This document shows, in pieces, positions 20,024 to 30,716 of a stretch of 64,000 nucleotides of DNA. The first letter of the stretch is position 1. Every line of letters starts with the position of its first letter. The notes below the pieces were generated by a model. The model had not been told where the DNA came from. It saw only the letters and a program-made list of their open reading frames with translations, and did not search any database. The DNA is from a virus. Taxonomy: Duplodnaviria > Caudoviricetes. The DNA lies in the IMG/VR virus record IMGVR_UViG_3300010347_002030; one strand, written 5' to 3'. Both the position numbers and the translations under genes were made by a program.

Positions 20024-20363
20024 ATGTCAAATCCCGCAGGACCAATTCCACAACATTGGTACGGAAATTTTCCGGCGTCTATGAAACGTCCTCTTGTAGC
20101 GATGATTTTCGACGCACGTTTTCAAGAGGATATTATCAGTAGGAGAAAAAGTTCTTCTGAGTAGTCCCCCCGGTGGAGCAGCATGGTCTGCTATGGTCAA
20201 GCTAACCTCGGTTAAACATTGTCAATTAAAAGACGTTTCCACCCAAGATTTGAATGATGGTGGTATGAATACATTAGAAGATGTCATAAGAGACTCTGGT
20301 CGGATTTACGATGGAATGAACGAAGAATCTCTTGTGACTGTGTTTCGGTGGAAATTGATATGA
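20024..20363 (+). pseudogene. ASCH-domain gene disrupted by a frameshifting deletion
   Basis: Frame 1 ...MIFDARFQEDIIS; +1 frame from 20139 VGEKVLL...VKLTSVKHCQLKDVSTQDLNDGG...IYDGMNEESLVTVFRW; the ASCH GxKxxTxR motif is missing at the junction. Confidence 0.6.
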
Positions 20364-20593
20364 AATTAAACGAACTTATTTTTCATTTGGAACAAATAAA
20401 GGAAGTGCTTCAAACAAGCAGAATTGACCCCAATAAGATTGAAGTTGTGTTTGTAGCCGATGTCCTTAAGGGACGAGAAGAAGTTCTCAAAAACAAGAAA
20501 ACAATTACTTCCACACATCTGAATGCGAGGGAGGAAGTTCTTATGTTTTTCGACGCAACATCATGGGAACAGTATCAAAAAGCGTTGAAATAA
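20360..20593 (+). CDS. Hypothetical protein
   Basis: MKLNELIFHLE start, ATGA overlap. Confidence 0.55.
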   Translation: MKLNELIFHLEQIKEVLQTSRIDPNKIEVVFVADVLKGREEVLKNKKTITSTHLNAREEVLMFFDATSWEQYQKALK

Positions 20594-20627
20594 CCTTGGA
20601 TGGGGCAATTACAATCCTTATACCAAA

Positions 20628-21020
20628 ATGAAAGGTAAACTGATATATTTAGCGGTGCCTTATACACATTCCGACCAGAAGGTAGTGTTGGATAGATTCC
20701 ATCGAGTTAACAAAGTTGCTGGTCTTCTAATGGAAAAGGGAAATCATGTCTTCTCTCCAATTTCTCATTTCCATCCCATTGCGATGGCTCATTCACTCCC
20801 TATGGAGTGGGAGTACTGGTTGAAACATGACGAAGTAATGCTCTCTAGATGCACAGTCGTCTATGTGTTAATGATAGATGGTTGGAGAGAATCCAAGGGC
20901 GTCAACGCAGAAATTGAACTTGCCAAAAAATACGATATTCCCGTGGTGTATATCAATGAACAATGTGAAGTACAAAGCATTTTTTGTGATTGTACTTTTG
21001 AAGTTGATGACGGTTTATAA
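20628..21020 (+). CDS. DUF1937 / deoxyribosyltransferase-fold protein
   Basis: IYLAVPYTH, FSPISHFH, GWRESKGVNAEIELA. Confidence 0.8.
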   Translation: MKGKLIYLAVPYTHSDQKVVLDRFHRVNKVAGLLMEKGNHVFSPISHFHPIAMAHSLPMEWEYWLKHDEVMLSRCTVVYVLMIDGWRESKGVNAEIELAKKYDIPVVYINEQCEVQSIFCDCTFEVDDGL

Positions 21021-21046
21021 AATGTGTTGTCCATTAAAAAAAGATT

Positions 21047-21077
21047 ACCGCCATCCTGTTGATGGCGGTTTTTGTTT
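21047..21077 (+). terminator. Intrinsic terminator
   Basis: ACCGCCATC-ctgtt-GATGGCGGT followed by TTTTGTTT. Confidence 0.8.
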
Positions 21078-21124
21078 ATAATAAGTTGATTTCCAGAAAG
21101 TGCTATGCCATGCTATTTACATCT

Positions 21125-22234
21125 ATGGACGAAAGCGTTTTTGATTTAATTGATGTTTCTGTGAAAGACCCGTTGCGAGAAAATGGGGTTCTCTACGTTG
21201 GTCAATATGGAACAAGTGGTTACGCCATCGCCGCAAAAGGTTACATCTGTGATTTTCTCATGAGAGGCGTTCCTGTTTCATGGGTTCCTCTAAAGTTTGA
21301 TGACTCGGAATTGTCAGATGATAATCACTATAATGTGCTTGCAAAAACGGCCATTAATAAAAGCATAACAAATATCCGTTCTATTATTCTTCATTGTACG
21401 GCAGACCTTTGGCCCAAGTATAAAGAAGAGAATAAGGATAAATTTGCAAATAGAAATGTCGTTGGATATACCGTATGGGAAACAAATAGACTTCCCGAGT
21501 CGTGGTCACAATATATCAATGAAAATGTGAATGAAGTATGGTGTCCTTCAAAGTTCAACGAACAGGTGTTTAGAAGTTCTGGGGTAACAATTCCTATCAG
21601 AATTGTTCCTCATGTGTTTCTAAAATCTAATTTACCAGATAAAGCTCAAATATCTTTGCGGACCTGTTCAGGCGAACCCATCGGAAACGATCCTAACGTG
21701 ATAACGTTTTACAGCATTAGCGAACTTAATGAACGAAAAAATGTTATTGGGTTGATTGATGCTTTTTGTAAAGCATTCACGAAAAAAGATGCCGTGCGTC
21801 TTATTCTAAAAGTTCATTACAAAAACTATTCTCCACAGAATATTACCTATTGTGTAAGCAAAATATCAAATGCTTTACGAAAATATCCGGATCACCCTCC
21901 AGTGTACTTGCTAGCAAAAAATCTTACAGAGTTGGAACTTTTGGCCATTCATTCTCTCGGTGATTGTTATATAACGACAACACGCTCCGAAGCCTTTGGA
22001 CTCACAATTTTTGATGCTTTCCATTATGGCAGAAAAGTCATTGCTACTGCTTACGGAGGTCAGGTCGATTATCTTGGAGCAGGTTATGCGGGGTTGGTTA
22101 GTTATGACTTGGTTGATGTTAAAAACATGGAAAATTTCACCCATGGATACTATATGCAGGGGGAGCAAAAATGGGCAGAACCAAATCTTGATCATGCTGT
22201 AGCAATTATGAGACAAGTTTATCAGTCGCAATGA
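21125..22234 (+). CDS. Glycosyltransferase (GT4-like)
   Basis: TSGYA, YTVWET, ERKN, SEAFGL, WAEP; start follows a TATTTACA motif. Confidence 0.85.
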   Translation: MDESVFDLIDVSVKDPLRENGVLYVGQYGTSGYAIAAKGYICDFLMRGVPVSWVPLKFDDSELSDDNHYNVLAKTAINKSITNIRSIILHCTADLWPKYKEENKDKFANRNVVGYTVWETNRLPESWSQYINENVNEVWCPSKFNEQVFRSSGVTIPIRIVPHVFLKSNLPDKAQISLRTCSGEPIGNDPNVITFYSISELNERKNVIGLIDAFCKAFTKKDAVRLILKVHYKNYSPQNITYCVSKISNALRKYPDHPPVYLLAKNLTELELLAIHSLGDCYITTTRSEAFGLTIFDAFHYGRKVIATAYGGQVDYLGAGYAGLVSYDLVDVKNMENFTHGYYMQGEQKWAEPNLDHAVAIMRQVYQSQ

Positions 22235-23199
22235 AAATTTTGTTCATACCTGTTGAGGCCCAACACGACTACCAGAGCGATACTTTTCATTGGGGCCTTC
22301 GCCATTTGGAGCACCATAATTCAGATGTCTTCGTGGCTAAAACGTTTCATAATCCACGACTTCTTCGAGCTAACTATGATCCAACGTGGTCTCATTGCAC
22401 TTATTATGGTAAATGGGACTGTACGTATCCTATGGTGAATATGGAGGAAATTAATGCAAAAATTGCTGATAAGTTTTATGATTTGATAATCTGGATGGAT
22501 GCATTAAGAGACGCCGATAGGGGAAGATTAGACTGGGTGTACAAAATCTATGGAAATAGATTATTTATTGTTGATGGGGATGATGCTCAAGATAAGCCAT
22601 ACATGGAAGAACTCAAGAACTATCCAAATCTTAAGTATTTCCGAAAGTCTCTAAATTACATTATTAAGTACGAGCACAACAATATTTTTCCTATTGATTT
22701 TGGGTTTCCGGATGAATTAGTGAGTGAAGGTCCGTTTGAAAAGAAGAAATTGGTTGCGAGCATTATTCCCGGCGACGAGACGACGTATATTTTACCTGAA
22801 TCAAGATATTATGCAGAATATCGCCAATCAAGATATGCCTATACTTATTCTAAATGTGGATGGAGTTGTTTGAGGCATCTTGAAATTATGTTCAATCGAT
22901 GTATCCCAATTTTTCTTGATTTGGAGTTTTGTCCTGAATACATTCTACATTTTTATCCAAAACAGCTTTTGCGGAAAGTATTGCTCGACCATGTAATAGT
23001 TAATAGAAAGCAATTGCATTACGATACTATTCAATTACATGGTAAAAATGAATATTGGATTAATACGATTCGTAATGAATTGATTTTACCCAAAAAGGTT
23101 CCTCAATATGAGGAAGTTGAACAACAAATTTTCGATCATTGTAAGAAACATTTAACATGTTCGGCGATGGTCAGGTACCTGTTAAATCATTATGATTGA
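22231..23199 (+). CDS. Hypothetical glycosyltransferase-like protein
   Basis: DGDD, YFRK, KCGWSCLRHLEI..CIP pattern; in the GT operon. Confidence 0.55.
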   Translation: MKILFIPVEAQHDYQSDTFHWGLRHLEHHNSDVFVAKTFHNPRLLRANYDPTWSHCTYYGKWDCTYPMVNMEEINAKIADKFYDLIIWMDALRDADRGRLDWVYKIYGNRLFIVDGDDAQDKPYMEELKNYPNLKYFRKSLNYIIKYEHNNIFPIDFGFPDELVSEGPFEKKKLVASIIPGDETTYILPESRYYAEYRQSRYAYTYSKCGWSCLRHLEIMFNRCIPIFLDLEFCPEYILHFYPKQLLRKVLLDHVIVNRKQLHYDTIQLHGKNEYWINTIRNELILPKKVPQYEEVEQQIFDHCKKHLTCSAMVRYLLNHYD

Positions 23200-23848
23200 T
23201 TATTTCAAACTATTTGGACTTGCAAATCCTTACGAAAGATTTCGTGGTAATCCAAATCTTCAATTGAAAATGCATGGGTGGAATGGAAATCTCCCATTCT
23301 TTGAGACGATTATCACCGAAACTCGTCCAACAACCATCATTGAGATTGGTAGTTTTCTTGGTAAATCGGCGACGAACATGGGTAGGATTACGAAAAAACT
23401 TGGGATCGATACTGCGATTCTTTGCATCGATACGTGGTTAGGTTCAGATGAACATTGGAGAACCGATGGGTGTAATATGCTTAATTGGTGGGACAATTTT
23501 TCACGGGGAACCTCCGTAATGTATGATCAATTTATAATTAACATTATTTTAGCGGGGTTAGATGATAGAGTCTTCCCCCTTCCTAACACATCGACAACCA
23601 TTTACAAAATGCTCAAATGGAAACAGGTTACTGCCGACTTGATTTATGTTGATGGAAGCCACGATAAAGAAGACGTGAAAAAGGATATTCGGATGTATTG
23701 GGAAATTCTAAATCCCGGTGGAACAATGTTTGGAGATGATTACATAGCGTGGAAAGATGTCCGTGATGCAGTTAATGAATCTTCTGTTTCCATGGGGGTT
23801 CCAGTCGTTGTAAGAGAACAGCCCTTTTGGACATTGAAAAAGGTATGA
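23192..23848 (+). CDS. Class I SAM methyltransferase (Methyltransf_24-like)
   Basis: IEIGSFLGKS, CIDTW, IYVDGSH, GDDY. Confidence 0.85.
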   Translation: MIDYFKLFGLANPYERFRGNPNLQLKMHGWNGNLPFFETIITETRPTTIIEIGSFLGKSATNMGRITKKLGIDTAILCIDTWLGSDEHWRTDGCNMLNWWDNFSRGTSVMYDQFIINIILAGLDDRVFPLPNTSTTIYKMLKWKQVTADLIYVDGSHDKEDVKKDIRMYWEILNPGGTMFGDDYIAWKDVRDAVNESSVSMGVPVVVREQPFWTLKKV

Positions 23849-24930
23849 AATACTTCGACAAGAAAATCTTGTTTGTTTGTACTTTGAACTCCAGTTTGGG
23901 AGATACAGTATTGAACGCCTATACTTGGGTTGGGAAGTTAAAAAATCTCCACCCAAGATCGATTGTTCATGGTTTACTTAATTGTCAAAGTTACACCAAT
24001 GCGGGACACATTCTTGTTCGAAAAGGTCTGTTTGATTATATCTATCCGGCCAATCTCATGGGGACAACTATCGAAACCATGGATTCCTTCCTTCTGAGAA
24101 CTCTCAAACTTACAAAATATGATATCGTTTTGTTTTCTCCGTGGGATAAAATTGAGACCCATGACAGTCTTAAAACGATGTTTCCGGACGCAATCTTTCT
24201 TTGGACGAATAGAGTGGAGTCATTTGGGACAACAGAAGATATCATTGATTACCAAACTAGAGTCGGTGGATTCAATGTTCACCACTTCAATGGAAATGTT
24301 TTGCCGAGTTTATATCATCAGAACCTCAATCGGATCTTCGTTAATGACTGTTTGGAAATAGCCCGAAACAAAAGCTATGAGAAAACGGTTTGTTTGTTTG
24401 GTGCATCTTCACGAGCATTGGCGAACGTCTCGTATGTAGGAATGCAAAAGGTGGTTGAAATCTGTAATAAGAACGGCTTTTTCTGTTTTGTTTGTGGAAC
24501 ACATTCTTACAATGTTTACACGCCAACTTCTAATGGAGTTGATTGGAAGGTCGTTTACGAAAGAGATTATGGCGATGGTTCTTGCAACGTCGATGGAACG
24601 GGATGGGAAAAAACCATTTCCCTCATGGAAGCCACGACAGCGACCATTACTGGACCAACCGGAGCAGTAATGATTCCTCCACTTTTCGGGGTAAAATTGA
24701 TTTGGCTATCTGGTGGAGATAGTAGAATCATGGAAGGATGTCTCCATTCTTTTACCAATCGGGAGAATATGAATAGAATTCCGTGTTCATGTCCATTTCA
24801 TCCGTGTGGACCCAATACTGTTTCGCATAATGAAGAAAAAGCAAAAAAATGTGCCGAGTTAAGAATGCCATTATGTCTGAATGACGAATTGAATACCGAG
24901 GAACTTGATAAAGTTTTGAAAACTATATGA
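23845..24930 (+). CDS. Glycosyltransferase family 9-like
   Basis: SSLGDTV N-terminus, TGPTGAV, C-terminal CxPC...C..C cluster. Confidence 0.6.
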   Translation: MKYFDKKILFVCTLNSSLGDTVLNAYTWVGKLKNLHPRSIVHGLLNCQSYTNAGHILVRKGLFDYIYPANLMGTTIETMDSFLLRTLKLTKYDIVLFSPWDKIETHDSLKTMFPDAIFLWTNRVESFGTTEDIIDYQTRVGGFNVHHFNGNVLPSLYHQNLNRIFVNDCLEIARNKSYEKTVCLFGASSRALANVSYVGMQKVVEICNKNGFFCFVCGTHSYNVYTPTSNGVDWKVVYERDYGDGSCNVDGTGWEKTISLMEATTATITGPTGAVMIPPLFGVKLIWLSGGDSRIMEGCLHSFTNRENMNRIPCSCPFHPCGPNTVSHNEEKAKKCAELRMPLCLNDELNTEELDKVLKTI

Positions 24931-25484
24931 AGACATTAATTCAACTGGGGTGTAATACTGGATCGGACATTTTGGATTTTGTGAAAGCATCGGATTATGA
25001 TTTTATTCTACTTGTTGATGCCAATCCTTTCTGCATAGAAGCAGCCAAGAATCTGTTCAAAAATGTTCAGAATGTTTATTATGATGTTCAGGCAATCAGT
25101 GCTGAGGCAAAACCAGTTACGTTTTATATTCCCCATTACGAGATTCACAAAACGTCGGCACATAGCTCGTTGAGCAAATCTCATGTATTAAAACACGGGC
25201 ACGATGAACAAATGATGAAAGAAATTCAGATGCAGTCAATTACTTTCAATGATCTTATGAAACGGCATAGTCTCTCCTCTGTGGATAGACTTTATATCGA
25301 CTGTGAAGGAGAAGATGTTCCAATTGTTCTATCTATTGACTTTACCTCTTTTCAGATTAACTACATCAAATACGAACACGGACATGCCTCCGAAAAAGAT
25401 AAACAGAAGGCGGTTCAATATCTTCAAGATAACGGATATGTATTAGAAATTTCGGGCGGTGATACGATAGCAACCAAATCATGA
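24927..25484 (+). CDS. FkbM-family methyltransferase
   Basis: IQLGCNTG, LVDANP, LYIDCEGED, IKYEH. Confidence 0.85.
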   Translation: MKTLIQLGCNTGSDILDFVKASDYDFILLVDANPFCIEAAKNLFKNVQNVYYDVQAISAEAKPVTFYIPHYEIHKTSAHSSLSKSHVLKHGHDEQMMKEIQMQSITFNDLMKRHSLSSVDRLYIDCEGEDVPIVLSIDFTSFQINYIKYEHGHASEKDKQKAVQYLQDNGYVLEISGGDTIATKS

Positions 25485-25930
25485 GTAAAACCTACATCTC
25501 TAATCTAAATTCGCTGTCAGCACTTTTTGACCGTCTTATTGTTGAAAACGTGAAGATGCATCATTTCCAAAGAAAGGGTGAGTTCGATAAGACGGAAGCT
25601 CAAAAAGCGTTAATAACCGCTCTTCAAGAAGAACTTGTGAAGTTTTTTATGGAGACGCTAGAATCAGGAAATTACAATTACCTCTCCGAAAACCGAACTT
25701 TCAAACTTAAAAAAACCAAAGAACTTGTTGAGGGAGTGTCTGAACTTTGTGAATGTCATTCGAATATAACCCATTGTGACCAGACTAAACTTCAAGAAGT
25801 CAAAAAAGAATCTCCCAATGCCGAAAAAGTGTTCAAACTCGAATATCAGAATCGAGTGAACTTGGAGAGACGGGCGACAATCAAAAATCAGATTGATAAG
25901 AGTTATGAAGATCTTTTACACCCAACTTAA
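25481..25930 (+). CDS. Hypothetical helical protein
   Basis: LFDRLIVENVK ... NLERRATIKNQID; coupled in the operon. Confidence 0.6.
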   Translation: MSKTYISNLNSLSALFDRLIVENVKMHHFQRKGEFDKTEAQKALITALQEELVKFFMETLESGNYNYLSENRTFKLKKTKELVEGVSELCECHSNITHCDQTKLQEVKKESPNAEKVFKLEYQNRVNLERRATIKNQIDKSYEDLLHPT

Positions 25931-26960
25931 TCGAAAAAACAAGAATTGCACCGAAGGATTTTTCGCTAACACGATATATTTGGAGTTTCAGAAGTTCCAT
26001 CAGTTCGTTTCTTCTCCGGAAGAGGCGGATTGTATTGTTTTCTTTTACTGTTTTTATTTCGACTATGAGTTTGATCAACAGATGTATGAACGAATCAAGT
26101 CTAGTGGTAAACCCATTGTCATTTTCGATTACTTGGAACAGGGTTCTCCTTCACTGCAAAAGCCGGAATACCTGACGACGATGCAGATTTTGGGCTATCA
26201 GTATGATGAGTCTCCCGGTAATCCTACAACCGTGGAATACATGAAACTGGTAACGGGCATGTACGAACTCCAGTCGCAGATAAAACTATATTTTAAGAGA
26301 GAAATGCCTGTCTGTTTGGATTACTCAAAATCTCCCTTCAAAATCCTCCCAGTTGAATACCCAATAACGTTTGCCCCATATGAACCAGTATCCGAGGAAG
26401 ATTATTACAATCGTCCCTTTGACCTTTATTTCAACTATGGATTTTCGAATCCAGACCGTCCAAAACTTCATGGAAGACTTTTACTGGGAATAGACCAAAT
26501 AGGACATAATTTTGCTCAAACAGAGAAAACCGAAGAAGAGTTCCTCAAGCAAGGAAGGAAACGGATTGTTGTTGTTTGTCATAGGGAGTGGTATGAGAGA
26601 GTTCCATTCAAATCACGAAATTCCATGACCTATACCACTATGGATTTGTATGGTGCGGGTATGAAGTGTTTTAGATCCACCGAAGGGACAATCGACACTT
26701 TGGCTTTCAAAGCCGATCCATCTCTTCTGCATTATTCTTATCCATGGGTTAACGGAAAAAACTGTATTGCTCTTCCCGTTGATGAACGAAATAGACTCAA
26801 AATTGATGAGGCATATGAGATTATTCGTTACAACCTTCGAAACAATCAGGGTTCTCTATACTCCCTTTACTTGAAAAGTGTAGAAAACAATCATAAGTAT
26901 CGCACAGAGAATTATGTTAAAGATTACCTTTTGAAGAACATGGCTATGTATGTTGTTTAA
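25905..26960 (+). CDS. Hypothetical glycosyltransferase-like protein
   Basis: LYFKRE, GAGMKCFR; in the GT operon. Confidence 0.5.
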   Translation: MKIFYTQLNRKNKNCTEGFFANTIYLEFQKFHQFVSSPEEADCIVFFYCFYFDYEFDQQMYERIKSSGKPIVIFDYLEQGSPSLQKPEYLTTMQILGYQYDESPGNPTTVEYMKLVTGMYELQSQIKLYFKREMPVCLDYSKSPFKILPVEYPITFAPYEPVSEEDYYNRPFDLYFNYGFSNPDRPKLHGRLLLGIDQIGHNFAQTEKTEEEFLKQGRKRIVVVCHREWYERVPFKSRNSMTYTTMDLYGAGMKCFRSTEGTIDTLAFKADPSLLHYSYPWVNGKNCIALPVDERNRLKIDEAYEIIRYNLRNNQGSLYSLYLKSVENNHKYRTENYVKDYLLKNMAMYVV

Positions 26961-27687
26961 TCATCCCAACAAAGTTCTTCATTGTGCTCATCACAAAGCG
27001 GGTTCATTTTGGATTGCGTGTGTTTTACAGGAAATTTGTATGAAACGTGGGCTAAATATGGTAATTTTTGAGGACGATGATAGTCGTCTATCGAGTTATC
27101 AACATGCCGATGTTCTATACGATAACAACTCATTAACAATTTTCGATAGAGAGAACTATGTTGGATCTCATATGATACGTGATCCACGGGATATCATTGT
27201 TTCTGGTTACTTTTATCATTTGTGGACACAGGAAGCATGGGTTCATGTAGTTCGTCCTGAATGGGGGATGACATATCAGGAAAAAATAAACTCCATGTCA
27301 AAAGATGAAGGGATGATGTTTGAAATGAAGAACATGGGTGCGGTAACTATTGAACGAATGCGAGTATGGAACTATAACAATCCCAAGATGTTAGAGATTA
27401 GATATGAAGATTTGATTCTGAATCCAGATGAAATTTTTGCTCGTCTTTTCCATCATTGGGGAGTTGTTCCGGAGTGGATGGATCAGTGTATGGAAGTATC
27501 TCGTCGGCATCATATGACGGCGAAGACGGGGAGGAAGCTTGGAGAGGTTGATCCGAAGTCACATATGCGTTCTGGAGAACCGGGACAATGGAGACTTCAC
27601 TTCACCGAGGAACACAAGGAATATTTCAAGGAAAAGTTCGGAGAAACCCTGATTGCCTTGGGATACGAAAAAAACAACGATTGGTAA
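26950..27687 (+). CDS. Sulfotransferase-domain protein
   Basis: HHKAGS (5'-PSB), RDPRDIIVSGY (3'-PB), RYEDL, RSGEPGQW. Confidence 0.85.
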   Translation: MLFNHPNKVLHCAHHKAGSFWIACVLQEICMKRGLNMVIFEDDDSRLSSYQHADVLYDNNSLTIFDRENYVGSHMIRDPRDIIVSGYFYHLWTQEAWVHVVRPEWGMTYQEKINSMSKDEGMMFEMKNMGAVTIERMRVWNYNNPKMLEIRYEDLILNPDEIFARLFHHWGVVPEWMDQCMEVSRRHHMTAKTGRKLGEVDPKSHMRSGEPGQWRLHFTEEHKEYFKEKFGETLIALGYEKNNDW

Positions 27688-27707
27688 GCGAGGAGATATT
27701 TATATCC

Positions 27708-28277
27708 ATGAAAGATAAGACACCAAAAAAAGAGAATGCCTTTGACATGGGCATTGCCGGGACTACAGGAGCAATGGACTATTCCACTGGATTCGGTACT
27801 CCTGCTTCCCCAGATGTGTCTCAAAATCCAGATGAATTCGTAAAATCAAAGTCACTTGGAAATCATAGCAATACTGCTACCGCAGCACAAGCACACCCAA
27901 CGGATATCAATGCGGCAATAGACCAGATTTATAGTAAAGAAGTTACGCCATCTCCGGATGAAGTTAAAGCGGGGCTGGATTATGAACTTCATAACATGAT
28001 CAAAAAGGATAAAGGCAAGGCAAAAGAACTTGTTATTGCCAATCTTCGTAAAGACCCACATTACTATGGCAAGCTAAACATGCTGAACATAGACGATAAA
28101 GAAATGATGAAAGAATCCACCGAAAAACCATCCGTTGCAGAGTCTCAAAAAATCGAAACTATCAAACTTCTTAACCAAATGTTGGAAGCAAAGAGTAAAA
28201 AGGCAGAAACGCCTCAATCTATCAAAGATGCCTTAGCAGAAACCAAGGCAAAGAAAGCACAACGTTACAATCGTTAA
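27708..28277 (+). CDS. Probable virion protein with DUF5661-like segment
   Basis: GLDYEL...AKELVIANLRKDPHYY, paralogous to the N-terminus of 33754-35343; TATTTATA motif directly upstream. Confidence 0.6.
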   Translation: MKDKTPKKENAFDMGIAGTTGAMDYSTGFGTPASPDVSQNPDEFVKSKSLGNHSNTATAAQAHPTDINAAIDQIYSKEVTPSPDEVKAGLDYELHNMIKKDKGKAKELVIANLRKDPHYYGKLNMLNIDDKEMMKESTEKPSVAESQKIETIKLLNQMLEAKSKKAETPQSIKDALAETKAKKAQRYNR

Positions 28278-28294
28278 GGAATTTTCAATCAGTT

Positions 28295-29389
28295 ATGAAT
28301 AAGTTACCACGAACATTTTGTGTCACTCTCAAGGAAACTCCACTCAGAAAGAAGGCTTTTCAAGAGTCAGCCAAAAAGGCGGGAATAGAAGCCACTATGT
28401 TTGATGGTATTCTTGGAACTCGAATGGGACTTATAGCTAAGTTTCCAAATACAATCGAATGTCCCGGTGGAAATGTTATGCTCAATGAGCGTGCTTTAGG
28501 ATGCAACATGTCTCATTTTATTCTCTGGCATGTTTTGAAATATCTACCAGACGAAGAATTTTTGATTTTCGAAGATGACGCTCTTATAGAACCCGATTTC
28601 AAAGAGAAGTTTTTTCCCATATATGAGAAACTTCCAATAGATTGGCAGATGGCATACGTTGGTTGGATTCGTTATGGTAATGATGTGCCACCACTCATGG
28701 TTTCCGAAGGATTGAGTATTCGTATCCCCACGGCAACTCATGCTTACCTCGTTAAAAAATCAGTGTTAGAAGAGCTTTGTAACTGTATGATGCCATTTCA
28801 ATCTAACATTGATTTAACTATTGTCCATCGGCTTCTTCCAAAAATTCGATACTATGTTTTTGATCCATCCCTTGTTGAACAACGAAGCTATTTGAACATT
28901 TCGGATTCAGTATGGACTTCACTTGTCTATGATTGGGACACTGATATTTATGGTTGTAAGAAAAATCTCTTGAAAGATTTGAAACTTCTTGAAGGTTGGT
29001 ATCCGATAGAACGAAATAATGAAGAAGTATGGCGTTGGAGTCAAGATACATTTCAAATAAGTATTCCAGAAAGTATTGACTCTATTACTTTGCTATGCAG
29101 CACTCCCATTGAAAATCAACTCACCGTAGAAGTTGGAAATGAGAAAAGCGAGTTTCATCTTCAAGTTGGAAACAATGAAATTATCATTCCGACAAACCAT
29201 TCATCTATAATATCTGGCAGAACGGCAATAAGATTCATTCCTTCTGAAAGGGATGAGAAAAATCATGATAATAGGGTGTTAGGTATCTGTTTGAAGAGTG
29301 TCATTACCAAAACCGGAACTGTATCTATCCCAGTACAAATTATTGATTTAAGTGGAGTTGGTCCACCGCCAATATCTTTTAAGTTGTAA
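28295..29389 (+). CDS. Glycosyltransferase family 25 with C-terminal beta domain
   Basis: GCNMSHFILW, IFEDDA, THAYLV, NID. Confidence 0.85.
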   Translation: MNKLPRTFCVTLKETPLRKKAFQESAKKAGIEATMFDGILGTRMGLIAKFPNTIECPGGNVMLNERALGCNMSHFILWHVLKYLPDEEFLIFEDDALIEPDFKEKFFPIYEKLPIDWQMAYVGWIRYGNDVPPLMVSEGLSIRIPTATHAYLVKKSVLEELCNCMMPFQSNIDLTIVHRLLPKIRYYVFDPSLVEQRSYLNISDSVWTSLVYDWDTDIYGCKKNLLKDLKLLEGWYPIERNNEEVWRWSQDTFQISIPESIDSITLLCSTPIENQLTVEVGNEKSEFHLQVGNNEIIIPTNHSSIISGRTAIRFIPSERDEKNHDNRVLGICLKSVITKTGTVSIPVQIIDLSGVGPPPISFKL

Positions 29390-30059
29390 AAATATGGGCA
29401 CACCGAGGAATGATTTTTATGACTTCTTCCTGTAATCCTAAATGTTGGATGGTTTTAACAAACTCTGTTCGTGCTTCTTCGTGTTTGTATCCGGTGAAGT
29501 ATGGATGTTTGACAGTGAAAGAATAATCCCTGACATACCTCAATCCCTGTCTGCGACAGAGAACATGTGCTACGTGGTCAATAAACCACCCGTATTTGTT
29601 GATGGAAGGCGAAACTCGTGGAAACTCTCGAATAATGGATGCTCTAAGAAACCAGCACGTATCGTCGGTATCCTGTACTTCATAGACATTTGGGGATATT
29701 TGTTCGCCCAGTTCTTCGGGAGAGTAAACCCATGCGGTGTAGTCAATATTGGGAGCATAGACTCCACAATTCCGGTTCTGAATGAAATCCGAAGCACGAT
29801 TGAATAACTTGTCAAAATCGGAAAATTCGGCATCTGCTTGAATGTGAAACAATACATCGGCATCCGGAGAGAAATTGTCACATGCAGTATTCCATTGTTC
29901 TGTGAAGTAACCATCGTCCAAATGAATCCAATGAGGATGGCTTGTTGGTGTTCCATTGATTACGGTGACTTTGAACGATAGGGGGGAAAGAATTTTCTCG
30001 TATTGTTCCGCTTTTCGCCAATAATCGTTCCAAGTAAAGATGAAGGAGTGGATTTTCAT
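29379..30059 (-). CDS. Hypothetical GT-A-like protein
   Basis: HIQAD, YAP, DDTCW, YGWFID. Confidence 0.55.
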   Translation of the reverse strand: MKIHSFIFTWNDYWRKAEQYEKILSPLSFKVTVINGTPTSHPHWIHLDDGYFTEQWNTACDNFSPDADVLFHIQADAEFSDFDKLFNRASDFIQNRNCGVYAPNIDYTAWVYSPEELGEQISPNVYEVQDTDDTCWFLRASIIREFPRVSPSINKYGWFIDHVAHVLCRRQGLRYVRDYSFTVKHPYFTGYKHEEARTEFVKTIQHLGLQEEVIKIIPRCAHIFTT

Positions 30060-30685
30060 GATAAAAATTGGTCTTTCGCCGCTTGAAGTGCTTTTTCTTT
30101 AAGCGCACAGTTACCGATCCAAGTGGCGTGAAAAATTTTCATTTTAGGAGGAAACGGAATGGGTGTAGTGCCATCCCATACTTCTTGCCCACATAGAAAT
30201 GATATATTCCATATCGAACTACTGAATAGACGATAGTTGATACCGGAAGAATGTATGATGTCATTGAGTGCATATTGGTCATTTCCTTTCGGAGCACACT
30301 CAAGTGTCCGTTCAAGCAATCGCTTTACTTTGGGAATAGTTCGGTAAACAAAAAATCCTGTATTGCAATATCCATCATCATATTGAAATGCCATTTCGTA
30401 TCCGCCTAGCTGTTTAAGTAAAAATTCCTTTGTTGGTTTAACAAAAAGAACATCGGCATCGCAATATAAAATTGTTTCCTCCGACGACCAATCTGTGGTC
30501 CTCAAAATGGCATCAATTTTTTTATAAACAGCGAGTCCGTAATTTGGGTTTCCCCAGTCTCCAGAACCAATCTGTTCTCCTTCCATGGGTATTACCTGAA
30601 ATTCCCGAAAAATGGCTACGCTAGGTAACAAAAAGTTGTGAAATAACTTGTAATGGGAAGGAGTGTAAAACGATAACAGTTTCAT
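30056..30685 (-). CDS. Nucleotide-diphospho-sugar transferase (GT77-like)
   Basis: LYCDADV, CNTGFF, NDQYALN, FHATW. Confidence 0.8.
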   Translation of the reverse strand: MKLLSFYTPSHYKLFHNFLLPSVAIFREFQVIPMEGEQIGSGDWGNPNYGLAVYKKIDAILRTTDWSSEETILYCDADVLFVKPTKEFLLKQLGGYEMAFQYDDGYCNTGFFVYRTIPKVKRLLERTLECAPKGNDQYALNDIIHSSGINYRLFSSSIWNISFLCGQEVWDGTTPIPFPPKMKIFHATWIGNCALKEKALQAAKDQFLS

Positions 30686-30716
30686 ATTTACGTATATATA
30701 TGCATATTCGAGAAAA

